Assembly (NCBI GenBank): GCA_029260935.1
Contig: JAJDCJ010000012.1
Location: 33,315-97,314, forward strand
From: Patescibacteria group bacterium
Lineage (GTDB): Bacteria > Patescibacteriota > Minisyncoccia > Phycocordibacterales > Phycocordibacteraceae
Length of the DNA stretch: 64,000 nucleotides
Reading direction: 5' to 3'
Position numbers and translations under genes: made by a program. The notes under the pieces were generated by a model, which did no database searches, was not told the origin of the DNA, and worked only from the letters and a program-made list of their open reading frames with translations. Position 1 is the first letter of the stretch. Each line of letters starts with the position of its first letter. This document shows positions 1-10,474 of this stretch, piece after piece.

Positions 1-1
1 A

Positions 2-583
2 ACAGGACACGGCAACAGTGGAGAGCTCGTATGGATGCGCGAGCAGGTAAAACCAAACTTCACAATGCCCGCCTATGGCTTTCACTCAATGCTTCGCTCA
101 CATGCACATGCTCATATTGAAAGCGGGTACCCCAAAGAGAATATTGTTCTTACCGACAACGGTATGGTTGTTGAAATTAAAAACGGCACCGAGATGAAAA
201 TCCTAAAAGAGCGCGTACCATCAGGGCCTATGATGGTTGACGGTTTTTCAATTGGCGATATGCAAGAGGTGGTGATACGCGACCGACAGTCGCTTGCCAA
301 AGATGGTATGTTTGTCATCATCGCAACAGTTAATATCCGCACTGGCCAATTAAAAAAATCACCTGATATTATCTCACGCGGATTCGTGTACCTACGAGAG
401 TCGCAAGGACTCCTATCTGAAACACGTTTACTGATCAAAAAATCAATTGAAGATATGACCCAAGGTATGAATCCTATTGATCTTGAGTATGTAAAATCAA
501 ACCTCACCGATACAGTGGAGAGATACCTACTTCAAAAAACGAGTAAGCGCCCGATGGTTATTCCCGTCCTCATTGGGGTCTGA
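2..583 (+). CDS. rnj: ribonuclease J, C-terminal part (runs off window start)
   Basis: Frame open from position 2 (TGHGNSGEL); DRQSLAKDG, PDIISRGFVY and KRPMVIPV motifs of the RNase J C-terminus. Confidence 0.9.
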   Translation, partial: TGHGNSGELVWMREQVKPNFTMPAYGFHSMLRSHAHAHIESGYPKENIVLTDNGMVVEIKNGTEMKILKERVPSGPMMVDGFSIGDMQEVVIRDRQSLAKDGMFVIIATVNIRTGQLKKSPDIISRGFVYLRESQGLLSETRLLIKKSIEDMTQGMNPIDLEYVKSNLTDTVERYLLQKTSKRPMVIPVLIGV

Positions 584-635
584 TAACACATTCCCGAACA
601 AGTTGAGAAGTATTTCATACCACGTCTCGTCCGTG

Positions 636-672
636 CACAAAAATACACATCTTAAAGATGTGTATTTTTGTG
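636..672. terminator. hairpin, probable terminator after rnj
   Basis: cacaaaaatacacatct-taa-agatgtgtatttttgtg perfect inverted repeat. Confidence 0.6.
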
Positions 673-705
673 AGAGTTTGACACGGTATACTAGTATAGA
701 AATAT

Positions 706-1896
706 ATGCAGATAAATCATGTTGCACGGCACCCAAGGAAGTTTCTAAGCGCCTTTACGACACTTCTTTTATTGAACTTCATCCTCGCACTTCACCACGC
801 CTCAATTACCTACACCAACTCATCCCTTCTTGGACAATTTATGTCTCCTGAAGGAGTCAGTCTCCTCTATGTCATTGCATCCATAATTGTAGTTGGAGTA
901 TTGGCGCTCGGACCTCAGCTGGTGCACACCGTCGGAGTGTTACGGCTTTTTATTCTGAGTATCATCATTTTACAGATCTCTATATTTTTCCTTGGTTTTT
1001 CAAAAAATATCTGGAGCGCTGCAGCATTTTTTATACTCCAGGCAGTATTCATGTTTATTTTACGCTACCTCCTTGACCTCTACCTAGAGTCACTTTCAAA
1101 AGATGAGTCAAAAACTGGCAACACCAGAAGCCTCTTTATCACCGGGGGAAGTTTAGGGTGGCTTTTGGGTCCCGTTATTGCCTCTGTCCTTATCGTCGGT
1201 AGTTTTTTTGGTCCTCTCTATGCATTTTCAGCTTTGATCCTTACTCCGGCATTTTTAATCGCCATGACCACTCTAAAGCGGTTTACTCCTTCTATTCCAA
1301 AAACACCACGTATTATTGACGGATTCAAAAAGATTCTCTACTACAGGAAAAACGTGCGTGCAGTCATGTTTGTACATCTTCTTATGCACTTGTTTAATGT
1401 AATTATTATCATTTATGCACCACTCTATCTTTTTGAAGTGGGCGGTTACTCGTGGCAAGCAATTGGAAGTTTAATAGCGCTTGCGATGTTGCCCTATTTA
1501 ATAATAGAGATCCCCCTTGGTTTTTTTGCAGACCACTCAATAGGAGAAAAAGAAATTATGGTAGGAGGACTTGCTATATTAGGCATAACGACCGCACTCC
1601 TGTCATTCGTGCCACTCACACTCTTTTTCACATGGAGTCTACTATTTATCGCAACACGTATTGGTGGGGCAATGTTAGAAATTGGTACTGAAAGTTATTT
1701 CTTTAAACAAGTCAACGAACAGGATACTGAGATTATTAGTATCTTTCGTATACTGTGGCCCTTAGGTGGTGTCATAGCGCCATTAATTGCACTTTTAGTG
1801 CTTCCTCTAGTGGGGCTTGGAAATATCTTTGCGGTCTTCGGTGTAATTTTCCTTATGGGGATTCCTGTTGCACTCAAAATTGTGGACACCCGTTAG
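706..1896 (+). CDS. MFS transporter
   Basis: 396 aa, about 12 hydrophobic segments, PLGFFADHSIGEK motif-A-like loop. Confidence 0.8.
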   Translation: MQINHVARHPRKFLSAFTTLLLLNFILALHHASITYTNSSLLGQFMSPEGVSLLYVIASIIVVGVLALGPQLVHTVGVLRLFILSIIILQISIFFLGFSKNIWSAAAFFILQAVFMFILRYLLDLYLESLSKDESKTGNTRSLFITGGSLGWLLGPVIASVLIVGSFFGPLYAFSALILTPAFLIAMTTLKRFTPSIPKTPRIIDGFKKILYYRKNVRAVMFVHLLMHLFNVIIIIYAPLYLFEVGGYSWQAIGSLIALAMLPYLIIEIPLGFFADHSIGEKEIMVGGLAILGITTALLSFVPLTLFFTWSLLFIATRIGGAMLEIGTESYFFKQVNEQDTEIISIFRILWPLGGVIAPLIALLVLPLVGLGNIFAVFGVIFLMGIPVALKIVDTR

Positions 1897-1950
1897 ACTC
1901 CTCCGTCTACTGGATGATGTTAGGTCCTATGTTTTGGTATACTAAAACAT

Positions 1951-2463
1951 ATGTTAGAGGCCTGGATGAATTTTGCAATTGTTGTTTTTGTGCAGCTTCT
2001 CCTTTTCATTATCCATGCATATTATGAAAAAAAACTTTCTGAGGTACCTCGCATTCTCGGATATGGTGTTCTCAGCGGGATAGCGCTTGGCCTTCTCTTT
2101 GACCTTGTATTAGGAAAATTCTTTGGCTTATGGTCGTATACGCTTGGATTTGGTGCGTTCTTCTTAACCCTCAACGCTGCCCTTTTGTATGGACTCTTTG
2201 CAGCGAATACATTACTCATGAAACAGGTGCGTTTACTACACTTTTTTATCTGGACTATGGTAGTGGCATTAGTATTTGAAATCACCAATCTTCTCTTTCA
2301 TTCGTGGACATGGGAATTTGCATTGTCACCCACCAAACTCTTGTTCGTACTTTCAGCTGGTAATTTTGGAGGTGCAGTTCTTGTGGCAGTAGTCTGGCAC
2401 ATGTTTGGACATCGATTTTTGTTTATTGATAATTTGCTCAAAAATAATCAACTACTGGACTGA
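1951..2463 (+). CDS. hypothetical membrane protein
   Basis: 170 aa hydrophobic ORF. Confidence 0.65.
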   Translation: MLEAWMNFAIVVFVQLLLFIIHAYYEKKLSEVPRILGYGVLSGIALGLLFDLVLGKFFGLWSYTLGFGAFFLTLNAALLYGLFAANTLLMKQVRLLHFFIWTMVVALVFEITNLLFHSWTWEFALSPTKLLFVLSAGNFGGAVLVAVVWHMFGHRFLFIDNLLKNNQLLD

Positions 2464-2547
2464 GGTGCGGTAGTTTTGGTTCGTCCGATGAGGACGAACG
2501 ATTTGCTCACGGTGTGTACTTAAACCTCTTTGTGGTTATAACTTTTT

Positions 2548-2582
2548 CCACCATTACGGATGTCTGACATCCGTAATGGTGG
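2548..2582. repeat. REP-like palindrome
   Basis: 17-bp perfect arms ccaccattacggatgtc-t-gacatccgtaatggtgg between convergent genes. Confidence 0.75.
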
Positions 2583-2618
2583 GGCTTTTTTGCTAAAAAT
2601 CTCACAGAATATTAAAGG

Positions 2619-3437
2619 TTACGGCAACCTATACCATCTTCCTTTCTTTTCTAACAAGCCCTCCTTAAGTAAAGCGTTGACTTGAGTTTTGGTCCGTTCT
2701 TTCTCAAACGGGAGTTTTTGAAGTTGGAGGATAGTTTGCGGATTGTCACTCACTGCGCGTAGTAGTGCCCCGCGGATTTCTCTATCTGAACCTTTGAACG
2801 ACTTTTGTTTTATGTGGTGGGTGCTTTTTCTTGATGGGTTAGGATGAGTTTTCTTGAGGTAAGAACCATAGTCCATCAAGGATGCATACCACGCACGTGG
2901 TTCAGTATTTTTAGGAATACCCGACTGTATCATATATGATACAATTTCTTTGTCAGAAATATTCTCTTTTTTTGTAAAAAAGTGATGAAGGAATACCGCG
3001 CGGATGTTGGTTTCAATCATCACTTCTGGTTTGTTATAGGCAAACACTCGTATTGCACGTGCGGTATATTCACCCACCCCCGACAGAGCAACCAATGCAT
3101 CATACTCTCGTGGCATCCGACCACTATGATTAATCATAGTGGTCTTTACTGCCTCATGAAGCATTTTTGCACGACGATTATACCCAAGGCCCTGCCACAC
3201 ACGGAGCACATCCCCCAGTGAAGCTTCAGCAAGCGCCTGTATAGTAGGAAACTTTTTAAGAAATGCTTTGTAATACGGAATGACTCTCTCAACTTGTGTT
3301 TGCTGCAACATCACCTCAGAAACTAAAATACGGTATGGGTTTTTAGTGGTCCGCCACGGCAGTGTGTGCCTTCCCTCTTTTCGGTAAAAAGTAAGTACCG
3401 TTTTTTGAAACTCCATTATTTTTTGGTGCGGGGCCAT
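2619..3437 (-). CDS. mutY: A/G-specific adenine glycosylase, short MutY-like
   Basis: LPWR, VSEVMLQQTQV, WQGLGYNRRA and HhH LSGVGEYTA motifs. Confidence 0.85.
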   Translation of the reverse strand: MAPHQKIMEFQKTVLTFYRKEGRHTLPWRTTKNPYRILVSEVMLQQTQVERVIPYYKAFLKKFPTIQALAEASLGDVLRVWQGLGYNRRAKMLHEAVKTTMINHSGRMPREYDALVALSGVGEYTARAIRVFAYNKPEVMIETNIRAVFLHHFFTKKENISDKEIVSYMIQSGIPKNTEPRAWYASLMDYGSYLKKTHPNPSRKSTHHIKQKSFKGSDREIRGALLRAVSDNPQTILQLQKLPFEKERTKTQVNALLKEGLLEKKGRWYRLP

Positions 3438-4135
3438 ATATTCACTGCCTTTGGGTATATTTTTGTTAATGCGTGTTCTTTACAATCGTGTGGACGAGCC
3501 GAACATACATAACGTCCATACAAAACGAGCCCATTATTTACGTACTGCCAGTCTTTTTTAGGAACCAGTGCCTCAAGTTCTTTTGAAATCTTCGTTAAAT
3601 CATTACTATCTGCTAAATCAAACCGCTTTGCAAAACGCTTCACATGAGTGTCAGTAGGAATACCCTCCCATATATTAAACAGCTCACCCAAAATAACATT
3701 CGCTGTCTTGTAGGCTACCCCAGGGAGACGTTCAAGCTCCTCTTTACTGCGCGGTATACGTCCACCAAAATCATCTATAATCATTTTTGCAGATCCAATA
3801 ATTGCCTTTGTTTTATTCCTATAAAACGGAATAGATGAAAGTTCCCGCTCCAGGACACTCGGTGTTGCTCCAGCAAAGTCTTTGGCTGTACGATATTTTT
3901 TAAAAAGAGTTTTCGTTGTGTTATTTACTGCTTTGTCAGTGCATTGCGCGCTCAACATCACCGCCACCGCAAACTGGAACTGCGTACGGTACCGAAGCTC
4001 GCTCTTGGGGCGAGGGTACATCTTTTTTAGTGCACCTACTATCGCCCGAGCGCGAGTACTTCTTTTATTCCGCGCCGAACTCCTTGAGGTCGTTGAGGAC
4101 TTCTTCTGCGTGGATTTCCGGTTTAACTTTTTCAT
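3416..4135 (-). CDS. nth: endonuclease III
   Basis: LSAQCTDKAVN, LPGVAYKTANV and DTHVKR motifs; start uncertain because it overlaps bcp. Confidence 0.85.
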   Translation of the reverse strand: MKKLNRKSTQKKSSTTSRSSARNKRSTRARAIVGALKKMYPRPKSELRYRTQFQFAVAVMLSAQCTDKAVNNTTKTLFKKYRTAKDFAGATPSVLERELSSIPFYRNKTKAIIGSAKMIIDDFGGRIPRSKEELERLPGVAYKTANVILGELFNIWEGIPTDTHVKRFAKRFDLADSNDLTKISKELEALVPKKDWQYVNNGLVLYGRYVCSARPHDCKEHALTKIYPKAVNIWPRTKK

Positions 4136-4535
4136 AGATTTTGGCAACCTCACCTTCAGGGTTTATTAAAAATGACGTACGCACAATACCCATATACGCT
4201 TTACCCATCATCTTTTTTTCCTGCCATACGCCGTACTTGGTAACTGTCTCACCCGACTCATCGGCAAGTAAAGGGAATGGCAAACTATATTTTTCGGCAA
4301 AGCGTTTGTGGCTTGCCACTGAATCTTTAGAAATACCCAGCACGTCAGCGTGCATGTTCTCAAACTGCGGAAACGTGTCACGGAGCATGCATGCCTCTTT
4401 TGTGCACCCCGGAGTGTCGTCTTTTGGATAAAAATAGAGTAACGTCCAGCGCCCGCGGTACTTGGAAAGCGTATGAGACTTCCCCGCTTGGTCAGGCAGG
4501 GTAAAATCGGGAGCACTCTTCCCAACAGCAATCAT
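4065..4535 (-). CDS. bcp: thioredoxin-dependent peroxiredoxin BCP
   Basis: YFYPKDDTPGCTKEAC motif. Confidence 0.92.
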   Translation of the reverse strand: MIAVGKSAPDFTLPDQAGKSHTLSKYRGRWTLLYFYPKDDTPGCTKEACMLRDTFPQFENMHADVLGISKDSVASHKRFAEKYSLPFPLLADESGETVTKYGVWQEKKMMGKAYMGIVRTSFLINPEGEVAKIYEKVKPEIHAEEVLNDLKEFGAE

Positions 4536-4548
4536 ATCCTTGAGTATA

Positions 4549-5298
4549 TCACGAACCCTTTTCTTCTTTTTTGTTTTCTTTTTCTTTTTCGCTTATTTCT
4601 TTTATTTTTTCTGCTTCTTTTTCAACTTGTTTATCTGCGGTTCGTGCCGTTTTTTCAGCAATATTTCGTTTGACATAAAGGTTCATCAGTGAAAATACCA
4701 CCATACTGGCAAAAACAACACCAACAATGTTTACAAAAAGAAACACAGAAGCGCCAATTACTACATCCCAATTAAGTGCAGCAAGTCCTACACCCATTGA
4801 AGCAACCGGCGGAATAATAGCCACAGCAACGGCAATACCCGGCAATGTCGCACTCAACTCAGGTTTAATCAGTGTGTAGGCAACGGCAAAACCTGCAACT
4901 ATAGCGATTGCAACCGATACAAGTGTTGTGTGTGTGCGCAATAACACTTCGGGGGTAATAGTGTCACCAATTCCGAAAAATAGCGCCGCTAAAAATGAAG
5001 CGAGTAATCCAAGAATAAGCGCCTTTGCAAGTGTCCTGGTTGCGCGAGCAATAAGAACATAATCACTCATTACGACCGAAAGTGAGAGTGAGAGTATAGG
5101 AAATAAAATGGGAGCAATCAGCATACTGCCGATGACTACCGCGGGGCTATTTTCAAGCACACCGAATGTTGCCATAAGCACTGATAAAATAACAAGGAAA
5201 AAGAAATCAAAGTTCGGTGTTGATGCTTCAATTAACTTTTTTACTGCAACTGATTTGTCATGCTCTGATATTGCGCGAATGTGATTAAGAAAACCCAT
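4549..5298 (-). CDS. TIGR00341/DUF389 family membrane protein
   Basis: NSPAVVIGSMLIAP and LPGIAVAVAIIPP motifs. Confidence 0.8.
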   Translation of the reverse strand: MGFLNHIRAISEHDKSVAVKKLIEASTPNFDFFFLVILSVLMATFGVLENSPAVVIGSMLIAPILFPILSLSLSVVMSDYVLIARATRTLAKALILGLLASFLAALFFGIGDTITPEVLLRTHTTLVSVAIAIVAGFAVAYTLIKPELSATLPGIAVAVAIIPPVASMGVGLAALNWDVVIGASVFLFVNIVGVVFASMVVFSLMNLYVKRNIAEKTARTADKQVEKEAEKIKEISEKEKENKKEEKGS

Positions 5299-5328
5299 GT
5301 ATATCTGTAGTTATTTTAAAAAACTTTT

Positions 5329-5796
5329 CTATAGAGCATGATTTTCAACAACATCTTGGATACGGGTATTTTTTGTGCGCTCAAGGTAGAAAAGCCCTAT
5401 TGATAATAAGAATAGCATAGTTGAGAAAAGCAGTGAGAGGAGGCAATATTGACAGTACGCGTTGATAATAAATGCCTGAAGATAGAGGAAATATAGTGAG
5501 AGTATGAAGCCCGGAATGGTGAAAAAAAGGAAAAGTTGTGCCAGGTGAAGTTTTTTGTCTGAAAAACCCCATAGAGCAAAACCAAATATCGCTGAATAGA
5601 AAAAGACACCAAAAATGGCAAGAGGAATTCCAAAAACGCGCGAATAAGAACTTGCAGCAACCAAGTCGCATCCCTGAACAAAGTTACACACTGGAGAAAT
5701 ACCCGCAAGTGCGGTGTAGGCAAGGTACCCCGCGTCTATAATCCCAAGAAAACTAAAAAGGGTAAGGCCTGAGAAAATCCATATACGCGTATTCAT
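5329..5796 (-). CDS. vitamin K epoxide reductase family protein
   Basis: CNFVQGCDLVAASSYS loop and CQYC active site with TM helices. Confidence 0.85.
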   Translation of the reverse strand: MNTRIWIFSGLTLFSFLGIIDAGYLAYTALAGISPVCNFVQGCDLVAASSYSRVFGIPLAIFGVFFYSAIFGFALWGFSDKKLHLAQLFLFFTIPGFILSLYFLYLQAFIINAYCQYCLLSLLFSTMLFLLSIGLFYLERTKNTRIQDVVENHAL

Positions 5797-5865
5797 GGGT
5801 TCAAGTATACTGTAAAAAAAATTTTATAAACTCCCCTTTTAATGTTTTGTAGGTATACTATATGT

Positions 5866-6258
5866 ATGGACAAAAAACCACCTAACGAAGAAGAATTAAA
5901 GGCAAAACTCACTGAGGAAGAGTATGCAGTACTTCGCGGTGGAGGAACAGAAGCGCCGTTTAGCGGAGCGCATCTTAATGTAGAAGGAGACGGTATTTTT
6001 CAGTGTAAAGTGTGCGACAACCAACTGTTTGCAACTGGTACAAAATTTGACTCCGGTACAGGGTGGCCAAGTTTTGATAGTGCTATTCCTGGCGCTGTTA
6101 CCATACTGAGAGATACGTCCCATGGCATGGAGCGCTCTGAGGTAGTATGTGCACAATGTAATTCACACCTCGGTCATGTGTTTGATGACGGCCCAACCAC
6201 GACCGGAAAACGTTATTGTATAAACTCAGTCTGTCTCAATGTAGAAGAGAAAAAATAA
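5866..6258 (+). CDS. msrB: peptide-methionine (R)-S-oxide reductase
   Basis: GTEAPF, KFDSGTGWPSF, HLGHVFDDGP and RYCINS motifs. Confidence 0.95.
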   Translation: MDKKPPNEEELKAKLTEEEYAVLRGGGTEAPFSGAHLNVEGDGIFQCKVCDNQLFATGTKFDSGTGWPSFDSAIPGAVTILRDTSHGMERSEVVCAQCNSHLGHVFDDGPTTTGKRYCINSVCLNVEEKK

Positions 6259-6287
6259 CTTCTTTAGTTACGGTCTTTATATAGAGA

Positions 6288-8066
6288 TTATTTTCCTTTT
6301 GCACGTGATGATTCGTTGAGAACCTTTTTACGTAACCTAACGTTGTGTGGAGTAATTTCCAAATACTCATCTTCACTCATTATTTCCATACCACGCTCAA
6401 TGGTAAGTTCCCACGCAGGAGTCAGTTGTATAGCGTCATCATTTCCTGAGGATCGTACGTTGGTGAGGTTTTTTCCTTTAGTAGGATTGGCAACCATTTC
6501 TTCTCCTTTTGAAGTGTTCCCAATTACCTGACCTTCATACACTTCAGTTGCTGGAGGAATATAGATTACACCGCGGTCTTGTAAGTTCCACAAAGCATAG
6601 CCAAGTGCTTTTCCTGTTGCCATTGAGGTCATTGATCCCACTTGGCGCTTTTTAATTTCGCCCACAAACGGCTTAAATCCAATAACGCGACTTGAGAGTA
6701 TTCCATCTCCTTTCGTATCCACCACAAACTGGTTTTTATATCCTAAAAGACCTCGTGTTGGGCCTTCTAGCGTAATACGTACAGCATTGGTTCCTTCAGT
6801 GCGCATATCTTTCATTTGAAAACCACGTCTTCCTAATTTTTCAATAACCGTTCCCTGAAACTCAGCAGGCGTATCAATAATAACCTCTTCAAATGGCTCA
6901 GTTTTCTTTCCATCCTCTTCTCGTATAATCACGCGCGGTTGAGAAATCTGCATTTCATACCCTTCTCGGCGCATATTCTCCAAAAGTACTGCAATATGTA
7001 ATTCTCCACGACCTGAAACGTCAAACATATCGGGGCTTGTGAAATTAATTTTAAGTCCCACGTTTACTTCAAGTTCTTTCTCCAAACGCTCGCGTAGCTG
7101 GCGACTCGTTACAAATTTTCCATCACGCCCGGCAAGAGGAGAATTATTTACTAAAAAGTTTAATGTAATGGTAGGCTCATCAACGGCAATTGCAGGAAGC
7201 GCCTCTGTTGCCTGGTTAACACTCACCGTCTCACCAATAAAAATATCAGGGAGCCCTGCCAGCATGACAATGTCACCAGCTACTACTTCCTCAACTTCTA
7301 CTTTTTCAAGCCCTTTAAAGTTAAACATTTTTGTAACTTTTCCCTGTCTAATTTTTCCATCCATATCTTTTATAAAAACAGTAGATTGTGGAGAGAGCGT
7401 TCCGTCGTACACCCTACCAACTGCTAACCTACCAAGGAAATTGTCGTACCCGAGGTTAAACGGCTGGAAACGAAATGTCTTATCAACTGAACCAGACGCA
7501 GGAGGCACTTTTTCCAAAATCATATCCAAAAGAGGTGTGAGGTCTTTTGAGTCATCGCTCAAGTTTTTCTTTGCAACACCATCTCTCCCTATTGCATAGA
7601 TGACTGGAAAACTAGACTGCTCATTAGTCGCACCTAATTCCAAAAAGAGCTCTAGCACCTGTTCTTCTGCACGGTCAGGATCAGCAGCCGGTTTGTCAAT
7701 TTTATTTAAAATAACAATCGGTTTGAGCCCAAGCTCCAGTGATTTTTTTAATACAAAACGAGTCTGTGGCATCGGACCTTCTTGGGCATCAACAACGAGC
7801 AATACTGAGTCAATTGAACGTAAGACCCGCTCCACTTCACTACCAAAGTCGGCGTGCCCTGGTGTGTCAACGATATTGATCTTTGCGTCCTTATAGTTAA
7901 GTGAGCCGTTTTTTGCATAGATAGTAATACCGCGCTCTTTTTCAATAGAATCGGTGTCCATGGAAAAACCTTCTGCAACCATGCCGGTCTGGCGCATCAA
8001 AGCATCGGTAATAGTTGTTTTACCATGGTCAACGTGAGCAATAATTGCGATATTATACGTTTTCAT
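6288..8066 (-). CDS. typA: translational GTPase TypA/BipA
   Basis: NIAIIAHVDHGKTT, DTPGHADFGSEVER, GRGELHIAVLLENMRREG and EITPHNVRLRK motifs. Confidence 0.95.
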   Translation of the reverse strand: MKTYNIAIIAHVDHGKTTITDALMRQTGMVAEGFSMDTDSIEKERGITIYAKNGSLNYKDAKINIVDTPGHADFGSEVERVLRSIDSVLLVVDAQEGPMPQTRFVLKKSLELGLKPIVILNKIDKPAADPDRAEEQVLELFLELGATNEQSSFPVIYAIGRDGVAKKNLSDDSKDLTPLLDMILEKVPPASGSVDKTFRFQPFNLGYDNFLGRLAVGRVYDGTLSPQSTVFIKDMDGKIRQGKVTKMFNFKGLEKVEVEEVVAGDIVMLAGLPDIFIGETVSVNQATEALPAIAVDEPTITLNFLVNNSPLAGRDGKFVTSRQLRERLEKELEVNVGLKINFTSPDMFDVSGRGELHIAVLLENMRREGYEMQISQPRVIIREEDGKKTEPFEEVIIDTPAEFQGTVIEKLGRRGFQMKDMRTEGTNAVRITLEGPTRGLLGYKNQFVVDTKGDGILSSRVIGFKPFVGEIKKRQVGSMTSMATGKALGYALWNLQDRGVIYIPPATEVYEGQVIGNTSKGEEMVANPTKGKNLTNVRSSGNDDAIQLTPAWELTIERGMEIMSEDEYLEITPHNVRLRKKVLNESSRAKGK

Positions 8067-8155
8067 ATAAAAAGCGGCCTCGGGCCGTCAAGGCCATAAT
8101 AATAGCGCGTCTGAACCTTTTTTCCTAACTTATTCCTACAAACTAGTTCTTTTAT

Positions 8156-8443
8156 CTATTTATCTATTGTCCCACCGATAAAGTTTGCAATTTTAAATGC
8201 TGGCTTCGCCATCAAAGACGCAACCAACACAGGAATAAAGAGACGAGACGCACCTGCTAAAAGTTCATCCCAATCTTCTTCAGGAACAATCGGTGGTTGT
8301 ATCGTTTCAATGTCTGTGAGATAATCACCAGCTTCCCATACGCCCCATAAAGCCAATAAAGTGGGAATAAGCAAAGTTATTGCGCCAATTCCAAGTGCAA
8401 ATTTATCTCTAGCTTTTAGTTTTTCCGTATAATTTTCTGCCAT
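8156..8443 (-). CDS. hypothetical membrane protein
   Basis: 95 aa ORF with two hydrophobic segments. Confidence 0.55.
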   Translation of the reverse strand: MAENYTEKLKARDKFALGIGAITLLIPTLLALWGVWEAGDYLTDIETIQPPIVPEEDWDELLAGASRLFIPVLVASLMAKPAFKIANFIGGTIDK

Positions 8444-8755
8444 ATAAATTTAATAGTTAATTTAAAATAAATTATTAATCAAAGTATATCTACCAATGAC
8501 AGTATCTTACCACGATAAACGACTATTTGTCAAGTATTAAAATCGTGACTACCAGACCCAAAATAAGGGTAATGGGTTAAGTCGCTTACCTCCTTCTAGT
8601 ACTCTGCACACCGGAAACCTGGAGTAAACCATCCATATATTGCTAAACATCAGCAATATAGACAACCGCTTCTTTTTCAACCGTCCGAAACTCGCTCCAC
8701 ACATTCAGTATAGTCGCAAAAAGTGACAGACTGACAAAAACAAATAAGAATATCT

Positions 8756-8959
8756 CTAACCTTTACGCCTATGTTTTGCAAACTGAAAACCGCGAACTGC
8801 CAAGTATCCGGCAATCAATACTGCAACCCAGCTCACCCACACCGGAATAGCCACACCCGCAACAACCGCCTCCCATTGGTAGATACCGCGTACCGCGTGC
8901 AGTACCGCAATAATGCTAAAAATAACCGCAACGAGCTGATAGTATGTTTTTGTATTCAT
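8756..8959 (-). CDS. small two-TM hypothetical protein
   Basis: 67 aa hydrophobic ORF with a TATACT-like -10 just upstream. Confidence 0.65.
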   Translation of the reverse strand: MNTKTYYQLVAVIFSIIAVLHAVRGIYQWEAVVAGVAIPVWVSWVAVLIAGYLAVRGFQFAKHRRKG

Positions 8960-8987
8960 ATGAAAAAAGTATACCCCACCTTACTGT

Positions 8988-9710
8988 CTACCTGGCATTC
9001 AGCTGTGTATACTCCACAACACCCTCATTGGAAAAGTCTGGCCGGCTGTCGGGGATGACGGCGTCGTAAAATAGAGCCGGAATACCGATGTCTGCCACAT
9101 AGACCGTGCCGGACAGTGCTTTGCCCGCTTCGGTTTCAAAGAGCTTTTTTGGAACGGCAAGGGTGAGTGTTGCATCTGCATGCACACATACTCCGGTGCA
9201 CTCACCTGTGGTAGCGTCCGCACCCGACGGAAGGTCGTAGGAAATGACGCGGGCCTTGCTTTTTTGTATTACCTCAATGAGTGTTACAAAAACTCCGCGC
9301 GGAGCACCGAGAAGATGGTACCCAATAAGCGAGTCAATAATAACGTCCGCACCGGTTATTTTTTTCTGCATCTTTTCTTTCTCCTGTTCTTTGTAAACAG
9401 AAATTGGGATATTCATTTTTGTAAGGAGCGCACAGTGGTGTGCGGGGTCCGGTTTTATGTTTTCATCCGCAAGCACCACTGAAATGTTTTTCCATCCGTG
9501 GTTAAAGAGGTGTCGCACAGCGGAAAGCCCGTCGCCTCCTTTATTCCCCTTTCCGCACACCACCACAACCGCATCTTTTTTTGAGATTTTTTCTTTTTCA
9601 AACACACTCACCATATGGAACCCCGCCAGCTCCATCATTTGCCGTATCTCAAGACCGCCCGCAACCGCAACGCGGTCAAGCTCTTCTATTTCTTTTGTCG
9701 TGTAGTGCAT
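8988..9710 (-). CDS. nnrE: NAD(P)H-hydrate epimerase (YjeF N-terminal domain)
   Basis: MMELAG, CGKGNKGGDG, IIDSLIG, DLPSG and ADIGIP motifs. Confidence 0.88.
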   Translation of the reverse strand: MHYTTKEIEELDRVAVAGGLEIRQMMELAGFHMVSVFEKEKISKKDAVVVVCGKGNKGGDGLSAVRHLFNHGWKNISVVLADENIKPDPAHHCALLTKMNIPISVYKEQEKEKMQKKITGADVIIDSLIGYHLLGAPRGVFVTLIEVIQKSKARVISYDLPSGADATTGECTGVCVHADATLTLAVPKKLFETEAGKALSGTVYVADIGIPALFYDAVIPDSRPDFSNEGVVEYTQLNAR

Positions 9711-9780
9711 AGTTTTAGCGTTTACTAGCCCCATTATACCCATCAAATCCACCCTATGATGGACGCCCAACGTCAATCAT

Positions 9781-10473
9781 TTATTGAGTGAGGGAAAAAC
9801 TCTGCGTGGCAAAGTGGCTCACCCACCCGTCAAAGTCAACCAAAAGGAGCTTCGCTGTGTATTTTTTCCCTGACTGTAATTCTGGCGTGCGCGCCGGTGG
9901 ACCAACAGAAAGAGACGCGCGTTGTGTATGCGGATAGGTCCACTGTGTCTCGCGAGTATAGAGCGCCGCGCAGGTCTCTCCCTCCTCATCTTCAACGGCT
10001 AGAAAATAAATAAGTGCGTCAAATTTTTGCGCGTCTTTCCATTTGAACGTTACCGTGCCGTTTGTATGCGGCAAAACACTGAGCACAGTGCGGTCATACA
10101 CGGTGCGTTCTTTAATCGTAATTTCGGGCGAAGCGAGTAGGCGCCCGTGGTGGTTTTTTGCGGTTATTTTGTAGTGCTCTCCAACCTGCGCGTCAGGTAC
10201 AGTAGCCCGTAGAACCACACTCCCTGAAAAATTCTGGGCAGGTATGGGTGTTCTAGGTTCCCATTGAGCGCTTCTTCGTGCCACGACCTGATACTCACTC
10301 CGCCCGGGCCACGGGGTATAAATCAGAGAAACACTGCCGTCTGTTTCCCTTAACCCGCAGGCAATGACTTCCTGATTGGCGTAGAGGCGGACAATAGGGC
10401 GAGCTAGAAAACCCACATACCGCGTCATCCAGCGCATGTTCCATACTAAAAAACGCAGAGCGACGCGCTTCAT
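9781..10473 (-). CDS. hypothetical protein
   Basis: 230 aa ORF tightly packed with co-oriented neighbours. Confidence 0.65.
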   Translation of the reverse strand: MKRVALRFLVWNMRWMTRYVGFLARPIVRLYANQEVIACGLRETDGSVSLIYTPWPGRSEYQVVARRSAQWEPRTPIPAQNFSGSVVLRATVPDAQVGEHYKITAKNHHGRLLASPEITIKERTVYDRTVLSVLPHTNGTVTFKWKDAQKFDALIYFLAVEDEEGETCAALYTRETQWTYPHTQRASLSVGPPARTPELQSGKKYTAKLLLVDFDGWVSHFATQSFSLTQ

Positions 10474-10474
10474 A

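Noticed and set aside
2479-2499. gttcgtccgatgaggacgaac resembling a hammerhead core
   Set aside because: Lacks CUGAUGA/GAAA and the three-stem layout; it is a simple hairpin
7039-7896. Long antisense ORFs opposite typA (likewise opposite ftsH, pilB, ligA)
   Set aside because: Shadow frames of conserved genes
8450-8750. 300-bp gap, possible sRNA or small ORF
   Set aside because: No recognisable motif or convincing ORF by eye
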